NCBI GenBank assembly: GCA_965655095.1
Contig: OZ296650.1
Coordinates: 53,754,001 to 53,818,000, forward strand
DNA: 64,000 bases
Reading direction: 5' to 3'
Origin: Haplodiscus bocki
Taxonomy: Eukaryota
Positions 27,301 through 40,999 of the stretch are shown one piece after another; within the stretch, counting starts at the first letter, position 1, and each line of letters begins with the position of its first letter. Under the pieces are notes generated by a model. The model was not told where the DNA came from. It searched no databases and worked only from the letters and a program-made list of their open reading frames with translations. A program made the translations under genes and the position numbers.

Positions 27301-29549
27301 TTTTGCTTTTTCACCGATACGAAGTTAAAGAAGTTTTTCCCAAATTCTTAAAGTTCAGCATAAATATGGACAGAGCTGTATTGTCGGGTAGCTGACACAG
27401 AAATCCGAGCCTGCAATTCAAAATTTCTTCACCAGTCCAAATCACTGGCAGCAACACGACTTCATGTTGCCAATGCGATTTCCATGAACTTCACCATTGA
27501 GACCTTCAGAGAATTTTTTCTGCGAAGATTTTGTCCACCTTTGCTCAATGCAACAGAGGTTTGGCCCTGACCGTAGGCTAAAACTTGAGACCAACGCTTC
27601 ATTTACCAGCTGGCATTGACAATTTCCAAGTTGTTGCAAAAAAACTATCGAACTTGATCTGACAAAACAAAGCAAAAAGCACTGATTATGAAGATGATTG
27701 GTGGAAATTACATCTGGCCATACAGTTGGCTCTCAAGCAACTTGCACTGTCTGCAGCTAGCAAAGTATTACGGAGTTCGGAAAAATTCTTCGCTAATTAC
27801 CTTGGGTTCAAAAATAGATGTCTGCATTTGAATGAGATTATGAGAAACTGAATAAAACTATTGAGTGAGGTGTCGCAAATAGTGAAAGTATAAGTTGTAA
27901 GAAGAAAAACAGTTTTAACCTGACTGTTTTATGCACGACCGTCATCTTTTGAATGGGTGAAAGTTTTCATTAGCTGCTTTAAACGGTTCACTAGCATTTT
28001 TCTTTAATGAATTAAGACTGAAAACGTGATCGTCCGTTGACTGGAACGCTGTCATGCTAAAACCAACGGTGGGAAAGAGCTCAGAAGGTGTGATGGCCGG
28101 TTGTGCTTTTCGGTAAACAATTCATTGCAATTTTAGCTAGAAATCTACTGACAAGTGTTGACAGTTACTAAACAAGTCAATGCGAGCTGATTTTCTGAAA
28201 ACAAACAAGAACACAATGATGCCCCGTACGAGCCTGATCGCGAAATCATGCAAAAACTAGCCAGCATTGTTCTGAAAACATAGTACTAGAAAGTTTCGAG
28301 CCTTTTAGCGCAATAGTTTTTCGCCACCATCTTTTTGTTTACATCTCGAGAAAATAGATGTCATTCCTGAAATTCAATTTTCTGCGTTCTTGAGCATTTG
28401 TGGGAGACCGATAGGCTAGGGAGAGGAATACGAACTCTAAAAATAGCCATCAGCTGCAGTACGAATGTAACAGGATACAAGCAGCAGAATGCAAAATAAA
28501 TGTTCAAGCATGATGCAAGTTTGCCCAAACTGGCAATTAAAAGTGTGAAAATAAAAATAAAACTCTTCCGCAGAGTTAAGTATTGTCGCAGAGCATGTTG
28601 TAGTTAGAAGAGAGAGGTTGAAATTTCAAAAATTGATTGGTTCTCATCTTCAGCTAGCTCTAAGCAGAGCGTGACTAACACTCCATTAAAGCAGCAACGG
28701 CCGAGCTTCAATTGTTTTGTTAACAAACAGAACGAGTCTTTCGGGCTTTTATCTCCCTATTTTCGTTGCCTTGCTGGCTCCGCAAACAAAGATTGCGTAA
28801 GTTCAATAGCAAGGACTTTATGAGCGATGAAAAGGAAATAGAAAATGAAATATTCAATTATTCAGTCTATCGAGGGAAAGTAAAAGCATTCAAGTGAAAT
28901 GGAAAGGAAACAGCGCAATTTGGGGACTGAGTCATGTCTGACTGCAAGCGATAAAAATGGGAACTAGGGAGGAATCATTGTCTATTCCATAAACTTTTTA
29001 AAAAGCAGTTACTAAAGAAAAATTGCTTACAATTTCTGATTTAATGTTCGTCCGCTTATAACTTTTCTAATCGCTTTTTGTATATAGCCCCAAATATCAA
29101 CTATCCTCTTGTTCAGGAGATTACGAAAATAAAAAGAAAAACTTCATATTCGAAAAAATTGGGAATTACCCAACTTGTAAAATATCCCGTGTAAAAGGAT
29201 ATTAACGATGACTTGACTAAAAATTGATCATAAAATTTCACAAAATCATCAAGATGAATCAAGTTCATCCAGAATACAAAATATAAAAAAGCCCCTAAAG
29301 CAAAAAAAGAATACGTTATTAAACTAAACTAAGAACCCAAAAGACAATTTAATAGCTAAAAAACCAGAAATGTTTATCTGGAATAATTTGAAGTGAGGTT
29401 GAGTAATTTGGTTGAATATAATTTTTTGTTTGGTGCTAGGAATGAGACTTTATTCTCTGAAATTTCTAGCACTGTATTTTTTTACAAGGATAAGGTTTTC
29501 GTTAGCTTTTGCTTTTTTTGTTAAGTTTATGTCATAAATAATATTTTAG

Positions 29550-29885
29550 CCTTTTTTCTACACTCAGTAACTGGCAGTTCGCCGTCTACTGGTTGAAACT
29601 TAGATTTCTTCTTTTGCTCAGGCTTGAGCCGTTGACTGGCGATATACATGAGTTTTTATTTTAGAAATATAGTTCGTTTAGGCTTTTACATACACTCAGT
29701 ACTTGCGTTAGCGTAGCAACTGGTTGAAGTAGCCTATTTTCCCCACTTTTCTAAACCGTGAATAAATCTCCGGATATATTGGCGGGGTTTGATTTATTTT
29801 AAGTTTTATCTAAGACTCAGGTAAAAGCTCGTTTCTAGCGGCGACCTGGTGTTTTTCTCTTATTTCCTTTTCCTGCAACCGGGAT
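29550..29885. repeat. Degenerate ~130-bp tandem units
   Basis: A recurring (t)acactcag...ctggtt/ctggtg...ttt(c)...ccg block at ~29559, ~29691 and ~29813. Confidence 0.4.
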
Positions 29886-30399
29886 TTTTGTTTAGCGGAA
29901 TTTATGGGAAGGATTCACTAAAAGAGCATAAAGATTGATCAGAGAGATACACTCATTCTGGACTAGAACACTTTTTAACTAACGGATACCGTTGATGCAG
30001 TCTGGTGATCTGCGTGTCGTTCTGGGACTCTCCTCTTTTAAATCTGACTTGCAATGGAACTGAACAGGGTATTTCAAATTAGTACGAAGAAATTTGTTTC
30101 TTTTGGATGTTGCAAAAGGGACGGTTTCTGCACATTCAATCCGTACTTGAGATTATAAAACAAGTTCTAAAATACCACGGAAGCAGACGAGGTGAGATTT
30201 GCTGTATGTAACGTGAATTCTTTTTCTAGGAACCTCGTGATGGTTGTGCTTTTTGAGATTCGCTCTTGCTTCAGAACCCGAGCTCGTCAGCGGAATCCGC
30301 ACACGCTAACACCGAAGCTAGCGTTAATGGACACGGTTTGGACTCCAGTGGCAGGAGTGTAGAATGAGTGAGCAGAAAAAAAGAATATTTCTTAGTCAG

Positions 30400-30570
30400 A
30401 GCGGAAATGGGACTTAACACATTTTTGTGGACTTGGAATGGGACTCAGAAATTTTTCGTCCAGGCAGAGCAAAGAGAAGAGAGAAATTTGACTTGGATTT
30501 GTTTTGTCCGAAGAGAAGAGGGAAGAGGAATTGGACTCAGAAAATTTTTTTCAAGGGAAGGAAATGGAGA
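30400..30570. repeat. Degenerate short purine-rich tandem repeat
   Basis: Repeated gaa(a/t)(t/g)ggact(c/t)a/gg...ttttt units separated by gagaagag runs. Confidence 0.4.
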
Positions 30571-33049
30571 AAGGGAGTAAAGTAATGCAAGTCAGAAGAG
30601 AAGTGAGGAGTCCCGTCCGTTAGGCGGGAAGGAAAATATTGATCGAGTCCGTTTCCCAGATTGACTCCAAAATAACAAAACGCTGCCATTTTTTGCAACC
30701 AATAAAAAATCGGCTTGTACCAAGCATGTTGGCAGCCGGAGCTCATAGGAAAATAGCTCCCGTTAGAAATTTTTGTAAGACTTTTTGTCCAACTCCAATG
30801 GTTTTTTTTTATTCCATCAGCTTTTTTTCTATCTCATTCTCATTCAGCCCCTCAAAAAAGGTTAGCTTTAAATAATTAATCGTGTTCTAATTAAATAACG
30901 TTTAAGCGTTATGTATAACGCGAAGGTAGCATCTCTTCTGAAATAATCCGGGACGTTTTCCGAGCATTTCTTCAATTAAAGTTTTAGGCTTGAGTAAATT
31001 GACAGTTTTTGAATTTTTTATGTTTTTCATCAGATTCCATTGTAATAGTTTTTACATCAATTTATATGGTACTATTATCCACCATGGCCATTTATGAACG
31101 GAACTTGATCCACACAATGGGTGATTTTTTTAAATTCAGTTGCCATTTGAGATATGTGTTTGAGTTTTAATGACCCGGATCAGAGCAAATTTGCCGTAGA
31201 TAGCCACTGAATTATTAGATCAGTTACTTAAAACCAGAGTTACATAAACTTTTAATGTCAAAAAAACTATTTTTTCCAAAAATGGCGCAAGTAAGCAAAT
31301 TTTTCGTGGAAACTGGAAAAATTGATGAAAATTTCGAAGAAATTAGCTACCGAGTTAATGGTTGTCTCTGAAAATTTGATGATAGAGAACTCAATTTTCA
31401 ATAATGTATGCATGGCTCGCTTGAAAATGCCACTGAGGTTTTGGCTGGGCGTTCGAACTCTTAGATTTTTATGACAATTTTCAAAGATACACGAAAGACT
31501 CCAGAAGCATGTATTCCGTTCGCTCCAGTTCTGCTTGAAAAAAAAACCACGCGCAATCAATGAGTTTTTCTTTAGAATCTCTCCCTTGAAGAGTTCCCAA
31601 TACTTTTTGGCTCAAACTGATCCTGAAATCGCTCCTGTACCCAAAACGTTGCCTTCGCATTTTTTAGATTATCTATTGTATTACAACTCCTGCCTTCAAT
31701 CTGTTCCAACCTGAAGTTGGTCTGAGTTACGCAAGTGGTGTTTTTTGCCGGCAAAACTACTGAGCATTAACCTATCTTTGAGCAACTTGAAATACTTTTG
31801 TGATTACATATTAGCTCGTATATGACACCAGCAATAAAAAGTTTATTCGACCATAAAAAAGGAAAACTCTCCATGCACTTAGATCAACTAGAGCTGCCCG
31901 AGAGCCGAGTGGAGCCACAAATCGCTGTTTATGGCTGGAGGTCCCTTGTCGGCTCCCATGATAATATGTGGGATCAGTGTTTTAAGAGAGGGTTTTGAAA
32001 AAGCATTCGGTTTTTGGCACTGTTTTCCGTGCTGGTTTCTGGGTGGCTGCCGACAACTTTTGGCTAAAGACCGCAGCAGTGTATAATAATTGGGAAAGAC
32101 ATTTGGCATTGTATTAGTAGGCGCTCTAGGGTTTTCCAAAGTATAAGGATACTATTTGGGATTTCCAAATATTTTCTGGCAGTCTGCGACTATTTCCTTC
32201 CCAAAAACCGACTTTTTCCAAAAAATTATATGGCACACTCGTCGTGGGCCGCCGTCCCCGGCAGTAGTTTATTACAGCTAAAGATATTTTTTTTGCGGGT
32301 GCGACTATTTTTCATGCTTGTCGACACTGATTTGCTGTGTCAATTAATGTTCGCAACGTTATAATGTCAGATTTTTTGAAAATTTTCTTCTTCAGGTGTT
32401 ACCTTCGGTTCGCCGTTTGTAATAAGGTAACACAATTGCTTCAAGACACACAATGCAAATTGATCAATTGATAACAAAACAGCATGGAAATTACCAGCTG
32501 TCCAGATTTCAAGATGCCTTTATGTGGTTAACTGTGGTACCGCGACATTTTAACCTCAGAAAAACTAGAAATCCCTGAATTGAAACCTAAACTTTCCACA
32601 ATTTTATCTCCCGTTACGATGATCACCATTACCGCTCTTGATAATTGGTTCGGAAAAAAGGCCAAAAACATAGTTGCTAAGGTGGTTAGCGCAAGGTTCG
32701 CTAAAGGTACCCAATCTCTTGATTAAATCATTGACCACCTGCCTATGCAAAGCCAGGGAGCGTCAAACAAAAATCGCACAGATTGGGCAGAGATCAACGA
32801 AGAGATAACAGCGGAGGTTCAAGGTAACTATCATAGCTTCAAAAAAATTTAGCTGAAAGACAATGTTTTTTCTCCACAAAAAAGTCAAAGAACGCCAGTC
32901 GCTGTTTGACATACGCCATGTCAGAGCAGCAGGCTTCCAGAACTTACAATTGGGTAATAAGTAGAGAAAAACAACTCTGAAAACAGAAAAATTTCCCAAA
33001 AAAGCCGTGTTTCTCAATAATTTTTCCCAAAAGACACGACAAAAAGGTT

Positions 33050-34034
33050 TTTCTCATATATCCGTGGTGACAAGACAACTTAAGAGACGCTGAGGGTTTT
33101 AGGACACGCACACATGAGGCAGTTTTCCCGGTCTCTGATCCGCAAGAAAATATCGCAAAGTGTAAAAAGAAATAAGAAACAACTAAAAAAACTGTGGACT
33201 GATTTTACTTTACATGGACTCCAGGATAAGGTTGTGTCATTGATAAGCTCTGAACAAAGAAGCAAATGCTCTTTAGTTACCAAAAAATATTTTCGTTGCG
33301 CTTTCTTTTGTCAGTAGTGCTTCTTTAGCTTGTCTCATCAGTCGTGTCTTTGATTTGTTAGTTGCCGCTGTGGATTGGTTTTTCCCGGAACATGGATCTT
33401 CTTCTATATATGATAAATCAACAAATCATTTTTGGCCTCAAAGGCACTGATAAGACAAAAGAACCGTTTAACTACATAAATTTAAATAACAAAGGAGTCT
33501 GGAATAATGTAAAATACAACTGCGATTTTCTGAAAATTCCTGAAGGAGTATCTCTGTTTGTGCTTCCGGGTGGTCGAGCTAAATCATGGCAATTTGCTTT
33601 GAAAATTGATGAAAAACTCCTGACATACCAGACTTATGTTTCAATGGAATGTGCAGAAGGACAAGGTAGTCAATTTTAATTTTCTTCGTATACATTACAA
33701 CGTTTAGCTAAATATCCAAGTAACTCGTCTCAGGCCCTTGAAAAAACTTCAAACAAGACCGACTGTTACTTTGAAGAAATCAAACATGGTTTGGCACAGA
33801 AGCTTTCTCAAAAAGGAAGACTCTGGGAAATTAAATCTCGACTGTCTGCTTGGCTGCAAAAGTTTTCGGCGCCTACTTTGACATACCTTTGGTTCAAGTA
33901 AACAAACTGTTGATAATCAGACCTGTACTCGTTGCTAAATCAGCCAGTGATTTATCTATCTCCAAAAGAAAATTTTTGATAGACAACAAGTAGCAGTATA
34001 AATTGCATGTTTTGTGATGAGAAGAAAGTTTTGT
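33050..34034 (+). pseudogene. Decayed ORF of unknown family (copy A), truncated by the assembly gap
   Basis: Broken frames LSFVSSASLACLISRVFDLLVAAVDWFFPEHGS and VWNNVKYNCDFLKIPEGVSLFVLPGGRAKSWQFALKIDEKLLTYQTYVSMECAEGQGSQF align by eye with the - strand ORF interrupted by the Polinton. Confidence 0.6.
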
Positions 34035-34234
34035 NNNNNNNNNNNNNNNNNNNNNNNNNNNNNNNNNNNNNNNNNNNNNNNNNNNNNNNNNNNNNNNNNN
34101 NNNNNNNNNNNNNNNNNNNNNNNNNNNNNNNNNNNNNNNNNNNNNNNNNNNNNNNNNNNNNNNNNNNNNNNNNNNNNNNNNNNNNNNNNNNNNNNNNNNN
34201 NNNNNNNNNNNNNNNNNNNNNNNNNNNNNNNNNN
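34035..34234. other. Assembly (scaffold) gap of 200 N
   Basis: A run of exactly 200 N; the round size suggests a placeholder gap. Confidence 0.99.
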
Positions 34235-37200
34235 CTGATTCAAACGTACCAGACACGAAAGTTCTCTACTTCTTCTAGCTAGAATCATCAGCATACAGCG
34301 AGAAGATCGTAGAAGCAATGCTTCGAAAGTCCCTTTGGGGCAATTGAATATTAACCGTAAAGTAGAATGTTTCCACAAAGCAAAACAAACCCACTTTTTA
34401 CTGCTATACATTTTGTCATAAATTCACACTCTTATTTTAACCACCAAATCAGTGATAAAATACTAAGCGGGGTTGCCATCTTCAAGTTTTATCAGAACTC
34501 TGTTCAATTTCGCCAAAAAACACAACCATTGTTTAAACTGTTTTCACGAAACAATAAACAAACAGCTCACGTTTTCACGGCAAGAAGAAAACGTGTTTTT
34601 ACTAATCAAGCTAGCAAAGTACAGACACGGAAAAAGCAAGATAAAAGCTGCTTTGACCACAGATTTTGATTTTTTCTTACACCAAAGCAAATCCCAGTTT
34701 ATACTAATAACTGTTGAATATTGCCTGAATATTCTCAAAAATGGTGCAGTGTCCTATTTCAAAGTAATTTGAGGGAACTACGGACATGAAGAGAATTCAG
34801 CTTTGCAGTCGTCAGAAAATCAAATAACTAGCTCAGTACAGGGTCCAACTGAGTATCTCTTCTGGCATTGTTAAAAGTTTTTTTTTGCTATTTGAGTAGT
34901 ACACTTTTCACAGGTAACATTTTCGTTTCCGTTGATGAAAGACGTTTAAGTACGGAGTTTTCAATGGAAGTTCCTGTAACAAACGTTGTGGTAGTAGCAA
35001 TCGGACTCTATCAAAGTGAAAATCATGAAGGAACCTAAAATTAGCAAGTTTTCTTCAGCATTTCATACCATAGATGAACTGACTCTTAAAATCTGGTTTA
35101 CACTGACGTGAAAGAAATTGCCACTCAGTTTTTTATTCGTCAAAACCGAAACTTGTTTTTTGGTGACAACAAATTGTTGAAAAGGCAAACGAGGTGGGAC
35201 AAGTTACGCTGTCAGAGTGGGAGCCTGTATGAGACATTTAACCAAGCTGAACATTTTTCTGCTGCAGTTTTTCAGGGTAATTTCCTATCAAGTGTCACTC
35301 AAATTTGCAGAGGCAACAAGAAAATATTCGTGTGTAATAATTTTACTGTACAGTTTATATCAATGTAACATCCTCATGCAATATAGTAACTAACAAAACA
35401 GCCGATTTGAAGAACACAATGAAGCTTTTAAAGCCCAGACCACATATGAAAAGAAAATCAGAGAAGATAACAAAATGATGAATTTGTAACTATGGTATCG
35501 ACAAAAATAAAACACCGCTCCCAAGTCGGCAGTTTGTGCGACGTTTGACTCCGAAAATCAAAGCAAGGAATCCTTAGGTCGGAGTTCAACTAGATAAATG
35601 CTTTGGTTTTCCACCATGTCAACGTAGACTCCAAGAGGCAGTATTGTTCAAAAATTTGGTCGTCGAATCTTTTTTCAGCTGCTATTTGTGAAAAATGTAC
35701 CAATAATATCATTCAAAAATCTTAAGGAGGACAGAAGTTGTTGACGACGGTAGACATGCAAATATCACAAAACTTCGCAAAAGCAACTGTTTACTGCACA
35801 CGTCGGAGGCAAAAAAGGTCCAATAACATTGAAATTTTGGATTTGATTGCACACAAGATTTACACAAAGACAATTATTTGAAGTGTTTAACAACAAAACG
35901 TTTTTCCAGCGTAGGAACTACAGTTTTCTGCAAACTGAACAAAAAACTTCCAGCTGTGCTCAGCTCGTTGCAAGAGCAAGTGTGGGTTTCTGTTTCTACT
36001 TTAGAAGGTTCATATTTGTCTAAACCATGGAGTGTAAACAAGACCATTGCTGCAACCCAGAGAACGGAAATAAGATTTATGCAAATGACCCAGAACAAAA
36101 AACCGTCAATACGACACTTGTTCGGGCTCTACTGTTCATTTATATGGTCAAATTGAAGACGTAAAAAACTTGAGTTTGGGACCTAATGACCAATAGACTG
36201 CTTTATAGGGACATATTACCATCAATTGACCAAAAAACGATAAATAACTTGGACGTGGCGCCAATTGAAATTCTAAGGAGCACACGAAGACTTTTCTCCT
36301 AACAATGTAGGTGTCACTTGTAGGTGCTATTTTAATTGAAATACAATCGCATTCATGACCATATAATGACGATGGCTCCATAACAGGCAATCACATAACA
36401 CTCTCTCAGTTTTCATTGAATCAGTTCTTAGGAAGGTGACCAGATAAACATTTGTGCTGTTTGTCATCTGAGCTCAGTTGTTAAGCATTGTGTTAAAATA
36501 GGGTGCAAAGCCGGTCCTTCTTTGATCTTAGACCCACGGTGATAAGCCCTTGAAAATGTTGAGCACTTTCTTTTTTGTACAAAGGAAGGTTATTTTCCTG
36601 CAATGGATGAAGTTATGTTAAGGGTGGGGACAGTTATGGTAACACTGATGTGGGTTTGAGCTCTAAATAACTTAGAATCTTCCTTTCGATGAAGCATCGG
36701 CATTTCTGTTTACTGCCGAAACCGGGGCAAGTCAGGTTCGTACCCATTTTTGAAAAATTCAGATTCTTGTGGGATTCAATTTCTTTGCATTGGTCTCCTA
36801 TCTAAACGCTTTTTCCACCTCATCCAGAGTGCTGTAGTATGAGAAGCACTGTTGATCTGTCAGCAGTCACTGTTCAAATCGCTTTGTCCATAGGCAAAAT
36901 GGAAAGTGTCTGTTTTCATAAAGTTAGTGGCTTCCAGTTGATAAGCGAAAAGGCGTGTGTTGCAATTTTTTGTTGTAGATGTAGTGATTCAATCCAAAAC
37001 ACATAGTATCATTTAAAATCCGCTCGGTACTACCACTCTTCTTCATTTATGGCCACTGAAACAATCAGTCAGTCACAATTTGGAAAACAATCTGTGATTC
37101 AGTTCGTTGAACAGATTTTTCTCAACCTGTCAAAATTTGAATCCGACAAAATAAAACGCTTCAGAATCCAATTCTGGTGTCCGCAGTTATCTGTGATTTT

Positions 37201-37399
37201 GTATCAAAATTTTACAAATTGTCATATTGTTAGACTTTGGACGTTTCTGATGTATGATTTTGAACAGAATGTGGTTAAACAAACAAGTTTTTGCGTTTTC
37301 TTCCGTGTAGACATATGTTTGCCTTTTTAGTGCTTTTCAAAACAGCAGGTTTTTGTCACAGGACATTTATTCAATGAAAACAGAAACTGATTAAAAAAA

Positions 37400-37550
37400 A
37401 CTCAAAGTGTAAGATTTCGAATCAAACTTCCTAAAAAGTTACAGAAATCCTTCAAAAACTACACAAGGTGTCAGATTTAATATCAAAATATTTACAGCAC
37501 CTCAGATTTTGAGCCAACACAATTGCAACTTGTGAGATCTGGGTCGTACT
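37400..37550 (+). repeat. Degenerate ~30-bp repeat resembling the Polinton internal array
   Basis: gtgtaagatttcgaatcaaa, acaaggtgtcagatttaatatcaaaa, acagcacctcagattttgagccaa and acttgtgagatctg resemble the (ac/cg)..gtcagattttgaatcaaaa units at 50985-51530. Confidence 0.55.
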
Positions 37551-40500
37551 TCCATTGCAGTTCCTCGTTTTGCCGTAAGAAAAAAGCAATCTTTTCACAA
37601 AAAGGACAACTCCCAAACAGGTTGGCATTGTTTTACAAATTGTTCAGCCGCTAACACCGCGAAATGTTGCAACCTGTTCTCGAGATTGCAAGGGTTTACA
37701 CTAACTTCGTTTTTTATCGAAGTTGCACCTTGTACAAGTATTTGCTACGGTCGTGAAAGCGTGAGCCCAACAACTCGAGGACTGGTGGGAAAACAAACTG
37801 TGCCGTTCTTGAATTTTCTCTTGAGGTATTGCTTCTATATCTTTGCTGTTGACTAAGAAAATCAAAGCAAAAAAACAGTTTTCCAATTCTTTTTTGACTA
37901 ATTGACCCCGCTGCACCAACAATTGCATCTTGATTGGTGTTGCAATGATCAACAAAACTGTGACAAGAACCGCACTAAGACCAAACGAAAACAGTTGTTG
38001 AGCACGGAAAAACACAAACCATCTTTACGACACTGGCAAAACTTCTGAAAATTTAAGTGGAATAATCTGAACAAAAAACTGGCAGGAAGAAATTTATTTT
38101 TTTGGTACTGTGACCGATTGGAAGACTGGCTGTTCTCTGTGGCGCCGATGAACATTCGAGTGAAAACCTCAAATACTTCTTTTGCTCTTTCCGTTGACGG
38201 TTTTTCGGAAGTCTGTGATCAGTTCGGGGAAGGATGGAAACAATCAAAGGTAAGTAAACTTGCTGATTTTTTAGTGTTTCGTTTGCATCGGAAGTGATAC
38301 CGTCTCGAATCAGAACCTAAAGAAATGTTATATAGAAAACATTTCAACTCATACAATCTGATCGATGAATCAAAAAGAGTTTGCGCAGAGTTGTTTTTCC
38401 AGCCAACAGTTCCTCCTCTGATGTGAAAAATCTTTCCTCTTGTATCTGTCCGGGGGCTTTAGCGTTGACTGGGGAGATAGTTGAGCCCTGGAAGAAAGGA
38501 ATGATCTTTGATTTTTCAATATTTGGCAAACACCAAGGTGTTTATTTGTAGAGTTTCAGGTAGAAGTAGAACAAGTCTCTCCGAACTGTAAAGTAGAAGA
38601 GTCAGAATCAACTTGAAGAGACCATCTCAAGTGTTTTCCGTCAATGACCGCAGCTGTCAAATGTCTTCTATTGAGGAGAAGTGAAATTGGCGGTTTTTTT
38701 GTTCAAGTAAGCGGCAAAGGAGCAAAATTCTAGCTGTGGTCTTTTTCCTAGGGGCTTCAACCTGGAGAAACTCAAGAAATGTCTTGTGACTTCCTTTTAA
38801 GGAGGCAAAATCCTTAAATGGTCAATCAAACAGTTGTTTTTTGGAAGACAAAAGCAGTTGCCGATGATGACACCCCCAGTTTAGGAAAAAAAACTTTTTG
38901 CTTATGCGTCACCGTTCCTTCCAGCAGTACTTACCGTTTGATTTTTCATTTTTGGGTCGATTGATGGGATTATGTCTGTATGAAAATGTCCATTTGACAT
39001 CAAGTATCAGAACCAAAATTGAATATAATCTTTTTGACTCCATGAGAGAACAAGATACCCTGCAGACTTCTCGTACTGACGCTTTCTTGTCCACGGTCAT
39101 TTGCACAAATACTCTTTCGTTTCTTTGTGTTGCAGTAATGATGTTGCTTAGCTGACATGGTTTAGGCGGAGTTGAATCTAATCGACTCGAAAAGAGAAAA
39201 ACAGTTTTCAAAATTTGCTCAATCAAAAATTTGTGCACATGTGGTAGCTTTTTTTAGGTTGTATGAATCTGAAGTGACTATTCTGGAAAAACGCCCTGTG
39301 GTTATATACCTCAAATAAATCACTTCCTGTAATTTTTTTGTGCGATCAAGTATAGTTTCTCATTGTCAAGAGTTCTTTTCCGGCATTCCACGTCTGCAGT
39401 GAACAGTTGCTTTTGTGGAGTCTTGCAATGTTTCCCAGACTAACGTCGTTGAGGCCCCCGGACCTCTTTTTGATTTTTAAATGAAGTGGATGTTACTTTT
39501 TTCCCCGATATCAGCAGAAGAGTTGTTCGATGACCAAAAACTTGAACAGTGCTGTGTTTTGGCGTGTACGTTCGCAAGGTAGAAGACCCAATCAGTTTTC
39601 AACCTGTAACGTGAAGTTTCATTGCTCTGATTGTAAGATTAACATGTCGCACAACCTGTCAACGTGATGGTTGTGTTTTACACGAGTCGATACCAAAGAT
39701 ACATAAAAGTCAATCTAAAATATACTGCAAGAACTCTCAGGGTAAAACATTGGCGTATTTTTGCTTATACAGCAGAAACTTGAAGTCTCTCCAGGAAACC
39801 ATTTTTTGACAACTACAATTACAGAATAAAAACGTTTGCTCCAGTGATATGGTTCGAAAAAGAGTTCAATTGTTGCAGGGGCGAACTCAGTATTACATTA
39901 GAAACTGAACAAAAATTTATGACGGACTAGTCTTGACATTAGGACATTGAAAGAGTTGGTGTATTGACACTACCGTTTTTCCAACTAATCCATATCCGGC
40001 AGAAACAATATGGGATCACCTTCTATCCAATCAAATGTCTTTGACCGTTTCAAATGTGTCATGGAAGTCTAAATTTTAGACGCTTCATTGTGTCCATCAA
40101 AAACGGGTGCAATCTCATGTTCAAAGGTGAGATCTTAGCATCTGCACTGAAATTATTGATCAGTAAAGAGAAGAAGAAGTCTGCCTCCATAATTATTTAT
40201 TCACCTACCGACATACCTACATACGAACCGTAAGCTAACATTCTTTTCCTTGCATTTCGATGACTGGATTGAAACTTAAGTTTTTTTCGCACAATTTTAC
40301 ACCTGTTGGGGAACCTGTAGGAGCAAAAAAAGCTCAGCAGGGATATCATTTTATCAGTTTTGACATGAAAAACAAACACGGAACTTTGTATCATAGCAAT
40401 AGTTTTCAAAACTTCATTTGCAACAAAAAGTTTTGAATGTGTGGTCTAGTGATTGGAATCTTTATGACGGTCATCAAGTTGGCTGCTTTGTTTAAAACTA

Positions 40501-40999
40501 GCACCCACGTGGGCGGCTCCGGTTCTCTTGAACTCTAAGTTATATGTTTACTTGGAAGTTATTTCTTGTTGCTTCTGCAATTTTCATTGACACTTGATAC
40601 GGAAGTACCTGGGGAAGTTCCCCGTGAAAGTTGTTCCTTTTGGTTAATTTTTTCGTACAGGCCCTCGTTTTCTCCGCGTACCATGTCTTCCCTGGTTAAT
40701 CCTTTCAAACAATATGATTTCAGTTGAAATCGAGTTCCAGTTTTGAAAACTATATTTGGGTACTTTTGTAAAAGTTTTCTACTTCAAGGTAGAAGGCTGT
40801 TTCGTCGTGTTTAGGCCATTTCATTCATGGACAGGATACCTTTAAAACTACTACGCTGTTGTAATACTGAGACTTGCTATTACGTCAAAAGCAGGCCTCA
40901 CTTTTCGCTCCCTTTTTTCCCAAAACTCTTTCTTCACTAGTGCAAATCAATATGGAAGTTCTCTAGTTGCTAAAAAATTATAGTTTTGTTCCACAATTC

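Noticed and set aside
33894-34411. ORFs in the supplied track spanning poly-X
   Set aside because: Artefacts of the 200-N gap. Only the flanking real sequence was interpreted.
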